7,478 nt of DNA from a virus. Its lineage: Duplodnaviria > Heunggongvirae > Uroviricota > Caudoviricetes. Of this stretch, positions 5,327-7,478 are shown in pieces (position 1 is the first letter of the stretch; every line of letters starts with the position of its first letter). Location of the stretch: IMG/VR virus record IMGVR_UViG_2548876938_000002, positions 1 through 7,478 of that record; one strand, written 5' to 3'. The translations under genes were made by a program, and so were the position numbers. The notes under the pieces were generated by a model, which was not told the DNA's origin, did not search any database, and saw only the letters and a program-made list of their open reading frames with translations.

Positions 5327-7177
5327 CCTGATGGCGGATGTGGCAGTGATATTTCACTGCCCGGTTATGAGTTTGCGCAGAAAAACTCAGAATTGCAGGC
5401 TGTGCTCGGTGTGGCAAAAGACTCCGCCGAAATGGCTGCACTACGCAAGCAGGCGCGCCAGCTCGGCGACAATACCGCCGCCTCGGCAGATGATGCAGCC
5501 GGTGCGCAGATTATTATTGCGAAAGCCGGTGGGGATGTTGATGCCATTCAGGCGGCAACGCCGGTCACGCTGAATATGGCGCTGGCGAACCGCCGCACGA
5601 TGGAAGAAAACGCCGCCCTGCTGATGGGGATGAAATCCGCCTTTCAGCTTTCAAACGATAAGGTCGCTCATATCGGGGATGTTCTCTCCATGACGATGAA
5701 CAAAACCGCCGCCGATTTTGACGGCATGAGCGATGCGCTGACCTATGCCGCACCTGTGGCAAAAAATGCCGGTGTCAGCATTGAAGAAACTGCCGCAATG
5801 GTCGGGGTACTGCATGATGCAAAAATTACCGGTTCAATGGCGGGGACGGGAAGCCGTGCCGTGTTAAGCCGCCTGCAGGCACCGACGGGAAAAGCATGGG
5901 ATGCACTCAAAGAGCTTGGTGTGAAAACCTCAGACAGTAAGGGAAACACCCGACCAGTATTTACCATTCTGAAAGAAATGCAGGCCAGTTTTGAGAAAAA
6001 CCGGCTCGGTACTGCCCAGCAGGCTGAATACATGAAAACCATTTTCGGGGAGGAGGCCAGTTCAGCCGCCGCCGTGCTGATGACTGCCGCCTCAACCGGA
6101 AAGCTGGACAAACTGACCGCTGCGTTTAAAGCCTCAGACGGAAAGACCGCAGAGCTGGTAAATATCATGCAGGACAACCTCGGCGGTGACTTTAAGGAGT
6201 TTCAGTCCGCTTATGAGGCGGTGGGGACTGACCTGTTTGACCAGCAGGAAGGCGCACTGCGTAAGCTCACGCAGACGGCCACAAAGTATGTGTTAAAACT
6301 CGACGGCTGGATCCAGAAAAACAAATCACTGGCGTCAACCATCGGCATCATTGCCGGTGGCGCACTGGCGCTTACTGGCATCATCGGTGCCATTGGTCTT
6401 GTAGCCTGGCCGGTTATCACCGGCATCAATGCCATCATCGCGGCAGCAGGCGCAATGGGGGCAATCTTCACGACGGTTGGCAGTGCTGTTATGACCGCCA
6501 TCGGGGCGATTAGCTGGCCGGTTGTGGCTGTGGTGGCCGCCATTGTCGCCGGGGTGTTGCTTATCCGTAAATACTGGGAGCCTGTCAGCGCATTCTTTAG
6601 CGGTGTGGTTGAAGGGCTGAAAACGGCATTTGCGCCGGTGGGAGAACTGTTCACGCCACTGAAACCGGTGTTCGACTGGCTGGGTGAAAAGTTACAGGCC
6701 GCGTGGCAGTGGTTTAAAAACCTGATTGCCCCGGTCAAAGCCACCCAGGACACCCTGAACCGTTGCCGTGACACGGGCGTCATTTTCGGGCAGGCACTGG
6801 CTGACGCGCTGATGTTGCCGCTTAATGCGTTCAACAAACTGCGCAGCGGCATTGACTGGGTACTGGAAAAGCTCGGGGTCATCAACAAAGAGTCAGACAC
6901 ACTTGACCAGACCGCCGCCAGAACTCATGCCGCCACGTATGGCACCGGTGGTTATATTCCGGCGACCAGCTCTTATGCAGGCTATCAGGCTTATCAGCCG
7001 GTCACGGCACCGGCTGGCCGCTCTTATGTGGACCAGAGTAAAAACGAATATCACATCAGTCTGACGGGCGGTACTGCACCGGGGACTCAGCTCGACCGCC
7101 AGTTACAGGATGCGCTCGAAAAATACGAGCGGGATAAACGTGCGCGCGCCCGTGCCAGCATGATGCATGACGGTTAA
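5327..7177 (+). pseudogene. T: Tail tape-measure protein (gpT-like), missing its start and N-terminal region
   Basis: The frame is open from 5327 to the TAA at 7175..7177. The product has tape-measure features: the core motif region ...DALTYAAPVAKNAGVSIEETAAMVGVLHDAKITGSMAGTGSRAVLSRL..., a long Gly/Ala/Ile-rich hydrophobic segment (IGIIAGGALALTGIIGAIGLVAWPVITG...) and a C-terminal domain. No ATG with a ribosome-binding site exists: the ORF track started at TTG 5393 and the first in-frame ATG at 5432 has no Shine-Dalgarno. The upstream E-prime frame is a different frame. Confidence 0.65.
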
Positions 7178-7191
7178 GGAGGTGACTAAAA

Positions 7192-7478
7192 ATGATGCTC
7201 GCGTTAGGTATGTTTGTTTTTATGCGCCAGACGCTGCCACACCAGACCATGCAGCGTGAATCAGATTATCGCTGGCCGTCAAATTCCCGTATCGGTAAAC
7301 GGGATGCCTTTCAGTTTCTCGGTGTGGGTGAGGAAAACATTACGCTTGCCGGTGTGCTTTATCCCGAACTGACCGGCGGCAAGCTGACGATGACCACGCT
7401 CAGGCTGATGGCAGAGGAAGGTCGGGCGTGGCCGTTGCTGGATGGCACCGGCATGATTTACGGCATGTATGTCATCAG
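7192..7478 (+). CDS. U: Tail protein gpU-like (5' part; continues beyond the window end)
   Basis: AAGGAGGTGA at 7176..7185 precedes ATGATG at 7192. Hand translation gives MMLALGMFVFMRQTLPHQTMQRESDYRWPSNSRIGKRDAFQFLGVGEENITLAGVLYPELTGGKLTMTTLRLMAEEGRAWPLLDGTGMIYGMYVI..., open to the window edge, which resembles P2 gpU. It follows T as in the P2 F-E-T-U-D operon. It is not in the ORF track because no stop lies in the window. Confidence 0.8.
   Translation, partial: MMLALGMFVFMRQTLPHQTMQRESDYRWPSNSRIGKRDAFQFLGVGEENITLAGVLYPELTGGKLTMTTLRLMAEEGRAWPLLDGTGMIYGMYVI

Noticed and set aside
5295-5573. 92-aa plus-strand ORF called as an independent gene
   Set aside because: Its first ~25 codons are the -1 frame E-prime relic downstream of the slippery heptamer, and the rest is Arg-rich out-of-frame reading of the tape-measure sequence, so it is not an independent gene.
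5193-7250. Antisense and alternative-frame ORFs within the tape-measure region, including the 229-aa minus-strand ORF 6211..6900
   Set aside because: Long antisense ORFs are expected opposite GC-rich, Ala/Gly-rich tape-measure sequence. The products are low-complexity Ala/Ser/Thr/Pro strings, and the sense frame carries the recognisable tape-measure motifs.
1-7478. CRISPR arrays, tRNA or rRNA genes, IS elements
   Set aside because: No direct-repeat/spacer periodicity, no tRNA-like or rRNA-like segments, and no transposase-like ORFs or terminal inverted repeats other than the two recombinase crossover sites were seen.

Overview
This window is the tail region of a decayed P2-like (Myoviridae-type) prophage in an enterobacterial genome, and its main feature is an apparently intact Gin/Cin/Pin/Hin-type DNA-inversion switch for the tail fibre. 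The switch is a serine invertase gene (3774..4367) beside a ~1.8 kb invertible segment bounded by two inverted 26-bp crossover sites (1858..1883 and 3693..3718). The segment carries two alternative fibre C-terminal tips, each with its own tail-fibre assembly chaperone, so inversion swaps the tip fused in frame to the constant N-terminal part of the fibre gene (1044..). This is a well-known family of system, not a new one. The genes around it are broken: a 5'-truncated terminase fragment is joined to a truncated baseplate gpI gene near 720; the sheath gene has an internal lesion near 4808; the sheath frame is fused near 5206 to the 3' end of a tail-chaperone frame that still has its U_UUU_UUG slippery heptamer; the tube gene is absent; and the tape-measure gene has no credible start. 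A gpU-like gene begins at 7192 and runs off the window. No tRNA, rRNA or CRISPR was seen. All homology statements are from memory of P2-family and invertase proteins and from reading the given translations; no search was run.
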